This document shows positions 16,128 to 24,454 of a stretch of DNA of 64,000 nucleotides, piece by piece. Source of the DNA: an uncultured Thermomicrobiales bacterium (lineage in GTDB: Bacteria > Chloroflexota > Chloroflexia > Thermomicrobiales > CFX8); contig CAYWXR010000016.1 in NCBI GenBank assembly GCA_964462545.1, forward strand, positions 3,872-67,871, read 5' to 3'. The stretch's first letter is position 1, and each line of letters begins with the position of its first letter. The notes under the pieces are model-generated. The model was not told the DNA's origin and did not search any database. It saw only the letters and a list, made by a program, of their open reading frames with translations. Position numbers and translations under genes: made by a program.

Positions 16128-17972
16128 TTAGTCCTCCAGCCAGAGTTCCCAAATGTTGTTATAGATCTGGGTACCGTTCAGGATGTATTCCGGCAAACCC
16201 TTCACCCGCGGGGTGAAGAAGGTGTACCAGTCCCAGAACTTGATAAAGAGGAACGGGACATCCTCGGCGAAGAGCTTCTGGAGATCGCTATAGATCTTCT
16301 TGCGCTCCTCCGGATCGGTCTCGGCCAGACCGCGATCAATGAGTTCGTCCATCTCCGGGTTCTGATAGTGGCTGAAGTTGTTCAGGCTATCCGAGCGGAG
16401 GGTGTTGGACGGGTCCGGCTCACCGGAGCCACCGCCGTAGGTCCAGTTGTAGAGGGCCATGTCGAGGCGGCCTTCGCGCATACCGGACGAGGTCGACGCG
16501 TCCTCGATGATGTTCATCTTCAGGCCAACAGCATCGAAGTACTGCTGGGCAAGTTCGGCAATTGGCCGGCGGGCCTGGTCGCCGGTAATCACGGCGCAGG
16601 TCCACTCGAGGCGGACGCCATCCTTCTCGCGAACGCCATCCGACCCGACAACCCAGCCGTTCTCCTCCAGGATCTGGATTGCCAGTTCCGGATCGTACGG
16701 GTACTGCTTGACATCCGGCTCGTAGTAGAACTCGAGCGCCGGCGAGAGGTTGGCCGTTGCCAGAACAGCCGCACCCATCCAGAGGTCGTTGACGATTTCC
16801 TCACGATTGAGGGCGTGCATCATCGCCTGGCGAACAGCCTTTTCCTGGAACTGCGGCAAGGTGTTGTTCATCGGGAAGTGGTTCAGGGAGAGCGACGAGG
16901 TGACGAACGTCGTCAACACGCCTTCCTCCTGGAACCGGAGGTTGTCTTCGGTGACCAGCGACCAGATCGAAGAGTCGGCCTCACCGGTCTCAAGGGCGAT
17001 TGCACGAACAGACGCTTCCGGCACGATGTTGACGCGCAGCACGTCGATGTTCGGCCGGCCACGCCAGTAGTTCTCGTTGGCAACCAGTTCAGTGTATTCC
17101 GCGGCGCGCCACTCGGAGACAACATACGGGCCGGTGCCCACCGGGTCTGCCTTGTAGGCGTCTTCACCGATGGCACTGTGGTGGTGCTCCGGAACGATCA
17201 TCGTCTGGCCGGCGCGGGTCAGGAACGCCGCATTCGGCTGGTCGATGGTGATGGTAACGGTGTAGTCATCGACCACCTCAACACTCGTGATACCGGCGAA
17301 GTTTGATGCTGTGATCGCGGCGTTGGCAGGATCGCCGTAGTAGTCAAAGGTGTACTTCACATCGTCGGCGGTGAATTCCTCGCCGTCGTGAAAGGTAATA
17401 CCCTGGCGCAGATTGAAGGTGTACTCGAGACCATCAGCGCTAACGTCGAAGGACTCGCACAACACCGGCTGGAGCACGTAGAACGGGTCAAGCTCAAGCA
17501 TGGCTTCGTGGATATTGGTGATCGGCACCCAGTGAACCGTCGGTCCCTGGTCGTCCGGGCTCAGGCTGGCGACCTGATGGTGTCCCATCAGGATAATCGT
17601 GCCACCCTGGCGGGCACTGTCACCGGTGGACGGCTCTTCTTCGTCCTCGTCCTCGTCTTCGTCAGTCGCTTCTGGGGTTTCGGTAGACTCAGGAGCTTCA
17701 GTCTCGGTTGCCTCGGCTTCCTCGTCCTCTTCCTCATCCTCCCCGGACTCGGCGGTTTCGGTCGCCGTCGGGTCCTCAGCAGCAGCCTCGCTGGTAGCAG
17801 TTGGCTGTGCCGGTGCGGTGGTCGGTTCGTCCTCGTCATCACCGCATGCCGCAAGGAGCGAGCCAACAACCGGGATGGACACTCCCAGGATTGCAGACCG
17901 CTTCAGAAACTCGCGCCGGTTCGTTGGCTGTGCGGTGCGGAGCAATTCCACAATTCGCTCAGTCCGATCCAT
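16128..17972 (-). CDS. ABC transporter substrate-binding protein, family 5 (peptide/nickel type), lipoprotein with acidic linker
   Basis: Start at MDRTERIV, with GGGAGG 8 nt upstream. Twin-arginine-like NRREFLKRSA, lipobox LLAACG, an acidic linker of about 75 aa, then a family-5 SBP core. No permease gene is adjacent. Confidence 0.85.
   Translation of the reverse strand: MDRTERIVELLRTAQPTNRREFLKRSAILGVSIPVVGSLLAACGDDEDEPTTAPAQPTATSEAAAEDPTATETAESGEDEEEDEEAEATETEAPESTETPEATDEDEDEDEEEPSTGDSARQGGTIILMGHHQVASLSPDDQGPTVHWVPITNIHEAMLELDPFYVLQPVLCESFDVSADGLEYTFNLRQGITFHDGEEFTADDVKYTFDYYGDPANAAITASNFAGITSVEVVDDYTVTITIDQPNAAFLTRAGQTMIVPEHHHSAIGEDAYKADPVGTGPYVVSEWRAAEYTELVANENYWRGRPNIDVLRVNIVPEASVRAIALETGEADSSIWSLVTEDNLRFQEEGVLTTFVTSSLSLNHFPMNNTLPQFQEKAVRQAMMHALNREEIVNDLWMGAAVLATANLSPALEFYYEPDVKQYPYDPELAIQILEENGWVVGSDGVREKDGVRLEWTCAVITGDQARRPIAELAQQYFDAVGLKMNIIEDASTSSGMREGRLDMALYNWTYGGGSGEPDPSNTLRSDSLNNFSHYQNPEMDELIDRGLAETDPEERKKIYSDLQKLFAEDVPFLFIKFWDWYTFFTPRVKGLPEYILNGTQIYNNIWELWLED
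17619..17843 (-). repeat. coding low-complexity acidic linker (E/D/T/A/P-rich) after the lipobox
   Basis: GDDEDEPTTAPAQPTATSEAAAEDPTATETAESGEDEEEDEEAEATETEAPESTETPEATDEDEDEDEEEPSTGD. Confidence 0.85.
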
Positions 17973-18114
17973 GTGGTTAACCTCCCAATGTAGCCTTTGG
18001 CAAGCCCCGTGCCTGCCAACCCTTACGGGCAAACCGGAATGTTACAAATCTCACCAACACCAAACTACGCGACGTAAAACGTCTCGAGTCCGGTTTCAGG
18101 TTGGTGAAGCCTGG

Positions 18115-19008
18115 TTAGTCGGCCGTACCGGCGGAGACCGCCTCGAGCGGAGAGTCCTTCTCGGCGTCAGGCATGCCACCGATACGCATCCAGTTAGCTA
18201 TACGCTGGCGGACGTTCTCCGGATCTTCATCTTTCAGTTGCTTGCGCACACGCGACCAGGTGCCGCGCTCGGTCCGATAGACCGTGCGCTCGCCAAAGAT
18301 GTCGAAGAACGCAAACAGATCGTCCTGCTGGAGTTGGAACCATTCATAGACGATCACCGGCAGCAGCATGCCGGTGCGGTCGTCCGGTCCACTGTGCGAA
18401 AGCGCAACCGAGTGGAGATAGAGCGGATGATACTGCCCGTCAATCTCCTGGTCGTCGATGTAGATCTCCCGCGCGGCGACCAGACCAGGATTCTCCACAA
18501 TCAGGTCAGTGACGGCAGCATAATAGCGGGCGTACTTGCGGGCACGCTGGTGGAAGCAGCGGCTGTGGTTCTCGCCCTCAATCGGCGGGGCAGGAATCAA
18601 TGCCAGCACATCCTTGATCGCCTTTTCCGGATTTTCTCGCAGAGCCTTGCCCAGAGAGAGGCGGGTACGGCCGCTACCGGTCGTCAACCGGGGGGCATCC
18701 TCGCCACTCAACATGATCAGACCAAACTTGTCGGCCGGCTCGTGCTCATGCTTGCCGCAGCTGACGCGCCGCGTAATCAGGAAGCGGTCCCAGCCATGTT
18801 CGGGATGAAACACGGGCAATACGTCGATTGCCGACTTTCGGAAGCGAGCCTTGACGATCGCGTTGGCCACGACCCAACCCAGGGCATAGGCCAAACGATC
18901 CGGCGTTGCCATGTAGAGCGTTTCCGGAGTAATGGTTTCGTCTAGCGGTGCCGGGGCGGCGTCTTCATAGTTTCTAAGCGCAGCCTGCACCTGCTCGGCA
19001 ACATTCAT
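18115..19008 (-). CDS. hypothetical soluble protein (297 aa), no family recognised
   Basis: GGAGAAG RBS 5 nt upstream. It lies 29 nt downstream of the ABC ATPase gene on the same strand. No TM segments are evident. Confidence 0.55.
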   Translation of the reverse strand: MNVAEQVQAALRNYEDAAPAPLDETITPETLYMATPDRLAYALGWVVANAIVKARFRKSAIDVLPVFHPEHGWDRFLITRRVSCGKHEHEPADKFGLIMLSGEDAPRLTTGSGRTRLSLGKALRENPEKAIKDVLALIPAPPIEGENHSRCFHQRARKYARYYAAVTDLIVENPGLVAAREIYIDDQEIDGQYHPLYLHSVALSHSGPDDRTGMLLPVIVYEWFQLQQDDLFAFFDIFGERTVYRTERGTWSRVRKQLKDEDPENVRQRIANWMRIGGMPDAEKDSPLEAVSAGTAD

Positions 19009-19037
19009 CAGTTCTTCTCCATCAGCTGACTGGCCGG

Positions 19038-20180
19038 CTATCCGGTCCAGGGCGTCGCCCCGGAATCCGGTGCGGGACGCGATTCATCATCCGGCAATAA
19101 TGCCATCAGATGGATCGCTTGTGGGGGAAGATACACGCTACACGCCTGCGAAGGCTCCAGACCAAGCTCCCGAAACGCCAGATCGCTCATTGAAATGTGG
19201 AGTGGTTCGCCGCCAATATCCGGTGCGAAACGCAGGTCATAGAGGTCGCCATGACGCGCGGCATCGATCAACGTACCGTGCAATACATTCTCGTGCGGCA
19301 TCTCTTCACGTGGTCCCGGAATCTGGATATGCTCCGGACGAATTACCAGTTCAACATCAATGCCCAGCGGTTGAACAACCGCCGCCCGCAGCCGACCGAG
19401 ACGTGACTGGACAGCGACACCTCCCTCGACAGCCTCAATCACTACCCCGCGACCAATGTTCACCGAATGGGTGAGCGCTGCAACCTGGCGATTGACCGGG
19501 CGCATCAGCAACGTCCGCGGTGTGTCGTATTGCAGCAGGCGGCCCTTGTCGATCAGCGCGATCCTGCTGGCCAGTTCGTAGGCTTCCTCAAGGTCGGTCG
19601 TTGCCAGCACGGCGGGAACGCCGACTGCCTCACGCAGCGACCGGAACTCGTTTCGAACCTTCCGCCGGGTGATGACATCCAGGTCGTCAAATTGATGGTC
19701 AAGGAGCAGGATATCCGGGTCGATGGTCAGCGCCCGTGCGAAACAGACCCGCTGAACCAGTTCGTCCGGGAGATCACCCGGAATCCGGTCGGCGTGCTGG
19801 CGCAACTGGAGCATATCCAGCACTTCCTCAACCCGGCGGCCGGCCTGGTCCGGATGCACAGCATCGGTCTTCATCAGGGCAAACGCGACGTTCTCACGAA
19901 CCGTCTGGTTGGAAAATAGTGCATTGGCACGGGGAACCCAGCCTACACGACGGTCGCTGGGAGGTACATCGGTGTCGTTGATCGAACTGAACACAATCCG
20001 GTCACCGAGTTCGATAACGCCAAACTGTGGGGTGTAGACACCGGCAATCGCCCGGAGAATGATTGATTTCCCGGCCCCGGGGCGTCCGAGAAGGACAATC
20101 AACTCGTTGCCGGCTTCAATTGACACGTCCAGCAGAAAATCCGGCGTCCTCGTTTGCAGCCGTACTGCGAATCCGTCCAC
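19038..20180 (-). CDS. ABC-type ATPase (CysA/PotA/FbpC-like, C-terminal TOBE-like domain) with degenerate catalytic motifs
   Basis: Walker A GRPGAGKS is intact. The Q-loop Gln position is Arg (VGWVPRANALF). The signature LSGGQ reads LPDEL. Walker B reads ILLLDHQ (Glu to His). The H-loop reads ATTD. Confidence 0.8.
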   Translation of the reverse strand: MDGFAVRLQTRTPDFLLDVSIEAGNELIVLLGRPGAGKSIILRAIAGVYTPQFGVIELGDRIVFSSINDTDVPPSDRRVGWVPRANALFSNQTVRENVAFALMKTDAVHPDQAGRRVEEVLDMLQLRQHADRIPGDLPDELVQRVCFARALTIDPDILLLDHQFDDLDVITRRKVRNEFRSLREAVGVPAVLATTDLEEAYELASRIALIDKGRLLQYDTPRTLLMRPVNRQVAALTHSVNIGRGVVIEAVEGGVAVQSRLGRLRAAVVQPLGIDVELVIRPEHIQIPGPREEMPHENVLHGTLIDAARHGDLYDLRFAPDIGGEPLHISMSDLAFRELGLEPSQACSVYLPPQAIHLMALLPDDESRPAPDSGATPWTG

Positions 20181-20306
20181 CTGGGCTTCATCCTTCTGAC
20201 ATCCGGCGCCGTATGCCGGTTGCTACACTGTCGTCCAACAAATGAACCGTCTATCCCGAGTTTCTCATGTTCAGCATAGGCAACATTGACGAAAGGTATC
20301 CGGTCC

Positions 20307-21437
20307 ATGCATTCCTGGCGCTACATTTGCGAAGTATGCGGCCACACCGAACCAATTGACACCCGCCTCTGGCAGTGTCTGGTTGATGGCGGAGCCTTCG
20401 CGCTGGAAGGTCCCAATGAACTTACCCCTGAACTGATCGACGCCGGCGAACCTTCGCTCTGGCGCTATGCCTCGTTGCTACCGGTCAGTCTGGATGACCG
20501 ACCCTCTCTTGGTGAAGGTCTGACTCCTCTCGTCTTTGGCCAACTTGCTGGCCGGGACGTCTGGTTCAAGAACGACGCAGCTCTCCCGACCGGCTCCTTC
20601 AAGGACCGGGGAGCCTCGGTGCTGGCCGCGCATCTGTTGCGACTGGGATTGACCCGTGTCGTCGTCGACTCATCGGGCAACGCAGCGGCCGCCATGGCCG
20701 GGTTCTGTGCGGCAGCCGGGATTGATTGCACGGTCTTTGCTCCGGCCAATGCCTCACCCGGCAAACTCGTCCAGGCCCGTGCCTACGGTGCAACGGTGGT
20801 CCCGGTGGAGGGAAACCGGGACGACGTTGCAGCGGCGGCACATCAGGCAGTCGAGGATGATCCAACGGCGTTCTACGCCGGCCACAACTGGCACGCTGTC
20901 TTTGTGGAAGGTGTCAAAACCTGGGCTCTTGAAGTGTGGGAACAACTCGGTGGAGCGCTCCCCGCAGCAGTCTTCGTTCCAACCGGGGGTGGCAGCGCTT
21001 TCGTTGGCGCGCACCGCGGATTTTCCGCCGTTCCCGGACGTCTGCCGGTACTGGTTGCCGGACAACCGTCTGCTTGTGCACCGGTCGCAATTGCCGACGA
21101 ACAGGGGCTCGACGACATCCCGGCGGTGACTCCGGGAAATACGATCGCCGAGGGGACAAAGATCGGCCATCCGGCACGCCGAAAGCAGATTCTGGCAGCA
21201 ATCCGGGAATCACGTGGCTGGGCGGAGGCGGTCACCGAGGAGGAGATCGGCGAGGCACTCCGGGAGCTCTGGCGCCAGGGTATCTATGCCGAACCGACGG
21301 CCGCCGTCGGGGCTGCCGCCTTCCGGAAGGCGGTCCAGACCGGTCGAGAAATTCCCGACGGTGACATCGTTATCCTCATTACCGGCAACGGTCTCAAGGC
21401 GACCGACACCATCGGCACACTGCTGTCCGGTTCCTGA
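20307..21437 (+). CDS. threonine synthase-like PLP-dependent enzyme (beta-family)
   Basis: N-terminal ribbon-like YICEVCGH...WQC, LPTGSFKDRGASV with the PLP lysine, and a SSGNAAAA glycine-rich loop. Confidence 0.78.
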   Translation: MHSWRYICEVCGHTEPIDTRLWQCLVDGGAFALEGPNELTPELIDAGEPSLWRYASLLPVSLDDRPSLGEGLTPLVFGQLAGRDVWFKNDAALPTGSFKDRGASVLAAHLLRLGLTRVVVDSSGNAAAAMAGFCAAAGIDCTVFAPANASPGKLVQARAYGATVVPVEGNRDDVAAAAHQAVEDDPTAFYAGHNWHAVFVEGVKTWALEVWEQLGGALPAAVFVPTGGGSAFVGAHRGFSAVPGRLPVLVAGQPSACAPVAIADEQGLDDIPAVTPGNTIAEGTKIGHPARRKQILAAIRESRGWAEAVTEEEIGEALRELWRQGIYAEPTAAVGAAAFRKAVQTGREIPDGDIVILITGNGLKATDTIGTLLSGS

Positions 21438-21452
21438 GCCAAACAAAAAGAC

Positions 21453-21486
21453 AACCCGGCGCGGAGCAAACTCCATGCCGGGTTGA
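21453..21486. terminator. intrinsic terminator between convergent genes
   Basis: CAACCCGGC...GCCGGGTTG with an inner GGAG/CTCC stem. The minus-strand version is followed by UCUUUUUGUUUGG. Confidence 0.7.
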
Positions 21487-21496
21487 TTGCAGCCGT

Positions 21497-22606
21497 TTAT
21501 CGTCGCGTCAGGGCAGCCATTGCGGTATTAACCGTGCGTACCTGTCGCTGGGTGAATGCCATGCGCCCATTACGGGCGTGGCTGTTGGAAACGTAGGCAA
21601 TAACGGCATCCTCGACCGGATCAATCCAGAGAGTGCACCCGCTGGCACCGCCATGACCAAAACTCTCCGGCGAGAGCAGGTCGCCGCCCATCGGAGAACG
21701 CCCCTTGATCATGAAGCCAACACCCCACGGTTGGGCAGCAGTGCCGGAAAACGGCGGCGCAGTGCCGCTTGCCGGAGGCTGCGGAGTCACATTGCCACCG
21801 GTCTGGTCAGAACGCATGGCCACAACGCCAGCCTCGGAGAGGATGCGGGTGGTGCCACCGGGCGCAAACAGCAAGCCGAAACGGGCGAGATCGGCCGCGG
21901 TTGAGACAGTGCCGAACGCAGGGTGGGCAAGCTGAAGGGCGTAGTGCGAGTTGTACATCGCCCCGTCGGTGCCGGCCGCAAGTGGATTGTCAACTTTCGC
22001 CAACCGCTCATACTCGGATTCCGGCGGTGGCATAAAGGTATCCGAGAGTCCGCCCGGCTCAAGCACCAGTTCCCGCACCAGATCCGGGAAACTCCGGCCA
22101 GTCACGACAGACGCAACCCGGGCCGCAATCGCAAAGTTGTAGTCGGCATAGCTGAGGTACGTACCGGGAGGGAAGAGCAACGGATGGGTATAGGCTTCGT
22201 CAACCATCTCTTCATACGGCGTCTGGTCGATCAGCAACTGCTCCATGTTGGGTGATTCGTAGATCAACCCGGAGGTGTGGGTAAGCAGGTGACGCAAGGT
22301 AATGTCGTCCCGACCGTCTCCGGTAAAGCCCTCCAGCACTGATGAAACCGGCAGGGAGAGGCTGAGTTTCCCCTGCTCGACCAGCACCATGATCATCGCG
22401 GCCGTGTAGACCTTCGAGATCGAGGCCAACGGCCAGAGGGTCGACGTTGTCGCCGCAACGCCTTCCCGGGCGTTGCCGGTAGCCCAATCGAGGACTATCT
22501 CGCCCCGGTGAGCCACCGCCACAGCGGCGCCGGCGATCTCACCTCGCTCGATGTGACCATTCACACTCTCAAACAAATGCTGAAATCTGGAATCCCCCGA
22601 ACCCAT
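21497..22606 (-). CDS. serine hydrolase / beta-lactamase-related protein
   Basis: SxxK motif in LASISKVYTAA, and HGGASG near the C-terminus. Confidence 0.8.
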   Translation of the reverse strand: MGSGDSRFQHLFESVNGHIERGEIAGAAVAVAHRGEIVLDWATGNAREGVAATTSTLWPLASISKVYTAAMIMVLVEQGKLSLSLPVSSVLEGFTGDGRDDITLRHLLTHTSGLIYESPNMEQLLIDQTPYEEMVDEAYTHPLLFPPGTYLSYADYNFAIAARVASVVTGRSFPDLVRELVLEPGGLSDTFMPPPESEYERLAKVDNPLAAGTDGAMYNSHYALQLAHPAFGTVSTAADLARFGLLFAPGGTTRILSEAGVVAMRSDQTGGNVTPQPPASGTAPPFSGTAAQPWGVGFMIKGRSPMGGDLLSPESFGHGGASGCTLWIDPVEDAVIAYVSNSHARNGRMAFTQRQVRTVNTAMAALTRR

Positions 22607-22739
22607 GCCAGGCTCCTCCCGCGTACGTTTCGTGAGGTCGTCAACCAGTTGCGGGTCAGTCTAACCGTTCTTTCACCTGCACAACATGTAGACTTCCCGC
22701 TTGCAGGCAATATTCCAGAATGAAGGGCTACGGATCGTG

Positions 22740-24359
22740 ATGAGCGATATGAGGACCGGTGGCGAGGCTGCGGTTGCAGCCCTCGAGGCAGCAGGTGTCG
22801 AGGTGGTGTTCGGTATTCCGGGCGTGCACACCCTCGGACTGTACGATGCGCTCCAGAACAGCAACATTCGTCACATCCTTGCCCGCCACGAGCAAGGCGC
22901 AGGCTTTATGGCCGATGGCTATGCACGGGCCACCGGCAAGCCGGGAGTCGCGATCATCATCACCGGGCCGGGCATCACCAATGTTGCCACCCCGGTCGGT
23001 GAGGCGTACGCAGACTCCTCTCCGGTGGTAATCATCTCTTCCCAGATCGAGCGGCCATATCGCAATGCGATGCGTGGCAACCTCCACGACATCCGCGACC
23101 AGTCCGGATTGATGCGGATTCTTGCCAAGAAGTCAGTTTCCGTAGACAGCTACGATCAGATCGCCACCGAAGTATTCAATGCGATCCGGGAAGCATCCTC
23201 CGGACGGCCACGTCCGGTCCACGTTGAAATCCCGCTTGACCTCCTTGCAGAGAAGGGCAGGGCAGGGCAACCGGCGCAACACTCGACCTACCGACCGGCG
23301 CCATCCATCGAGCAGGTGGAGCAGGCAGCCAATATGCTTGCCGGCGCGAAAAAGCCGGTCATCTATCTGGGTGGTGGTGCGATCAACGCCGGGCCGGCGG
23401 TTACTGAAATTGCCGAACTGCTTGGAGCACCGGTCATCAGTTCAATCATGGGCAAGGGCATCGTCTCGGAAGACCATCCCTACAGCCTGGGGCATGCATG
23501 GAACCCATGGGGCCGGAGCAACCCGGTTGATGAACTGCTCAACGCTGCCGATGTGATGCTGGTTATCGGTTCCAAACTCGGCGCCCAGGAAACCAACTTC
23601 TGGAAGATGCCGGTGCCGGATACGCTGATCCGGGTGGATATCGACCCGGTGGAAGTTGCATCAAACTACGGGCCGCCGACGCTCGGCATCATTGCGGACG
23701 CAGGTTCTACCGCCGATGCCTTGCTTGAAGTGCTCCGCCAGCGACAGGCATCGCCAAACCCGGGCACCTCGGTCGACGAAGTGCAGGCACTGCGCGAGAA
23801 GATGCGGGCCGGTGGATCAGTGCCTGATCTGTTCCTGGGCCACATCGACGCGCTGCGTGCCGCCATTCCTCGCGACGGGATCATCGTCCAGGACATGACG
23901 ATGATGAGCTACCGGATGAATGACCGGTATCCTGCCTATGCTCCGCGCACCTATCTCTTCCCTTCGACGTACGGAACGTTGGGCTTCTCGGTGCCTGCCG
24001 CGATTGGGGCGAAGATCGGCCGCCCGGAGACTCCGGTTGTTGCCGTTGCCGGCGATGGCGGGTTCCAGTTCACGATGCAGGAAGTCGCGACGGCCGTCCA
24101 GTTCAACGTCTCGCTCCCGATCGTCATCTTCAATGACTCGACCTACACAGCTGTCAAGGACGCCATGCACTGGTCGTTCGGTGAAGACCGGACGATGGCC
24201 GTGGACCTGGTGAACCCGGACTACGTGAAACTTGCCGACGCCTACGGCATCCCGGGCGTCCGCGTCGACCAGCCGTCCGACCTCGCCGCGGCGGTTACGA
24301 AGGCATTTGAGGCCAACGGCCCCAGCATCATCGACGTCACCATTCCCAAGGTCGTGTAG
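22740..24359 (+). CDS. thiamine-pyrophosphate-dependent enzyme (acetolactate synthase large subunit-like)
   Basis: TGGEAAVAALEAAGVEVVFGIPG, the GPG.TN motif, and the C-terminal TPP-binding motif AVAGDGGFQF......N. Confidence 0.85.
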   Translation: MSDMRTGGEAAVAALEAAGVEVVFGIPGVHTLGLYDALQNSNIRHILARHEQGAGFMADGYARATGKPGVAIIITGPGITNVATPVGEAYADSSPVVIISSQIERPYRNAMRGNLHDIRDQSGLMRILAKKSVSVDSYDQIATEVFNAIREASSGRPRPVHVEIPLDLLAEKGRAGQPAQHSTYRPAPSIEQVEQAANMLAGAKKPVIYLGGGAINAGPAVTEIAELLGAPVISSIMGKGIVSEDHPYSLGHAWNPWGRSNPVDELLNAADVMLVIGSKLGAQETNFWKMPVPDTLIRVDIDPVEVASNYGPPTLGIIADAGSTADALLEVLRQRQASPNPGTSVDEVQALREKMRAGGSVPDLFLGHIDALRAAIPRDGIIVQDMTMMSYRMNDRYPAYAPRTYLFPSTYGTLGFSVPAAIGAKIGRPETPVVAVAGDGGFQFTMQEVATAVQFNVSLPIVIFNDSTYTAVKDAMHWSFGEDRTMAVDLVNPDYVKLADAYGIPGVRVDQPSDLAAAVTKAFEANGPSIIDVTIPKVV

Positions 24360-24381
24360 TCCCTGACTAACGCATACCAGA

Positions 24382-24427
24382 ACAGTCACGTCCCGCTTCT
24401 GAGCGCTCAGAAGCGGGACGTGACTGT
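24382..24427. terminator. 46-nt perfect palindrome, bidirectional terminator
   Basis: ACAGTCACGTCCCGCTTCTGAGC/GCTCAGAAGCGGGACGTGACTGT lies between the convergent TPP-enzyme and HD-GYP genes. Confidence 0.7.
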
Positions 24428-24454
24428 TTGAGAAAGCATCTATGTGCGCAGGGA

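Noticed and set aside
17599-18945. A 448-aa plus-strand ORF (and the similar 16368..17306).
   Set aside because: It is antisense to the binding protein and the 297-aa gene. It begins with poly-Ser, which is the complement of the acidic linker. No RBS or family signal.
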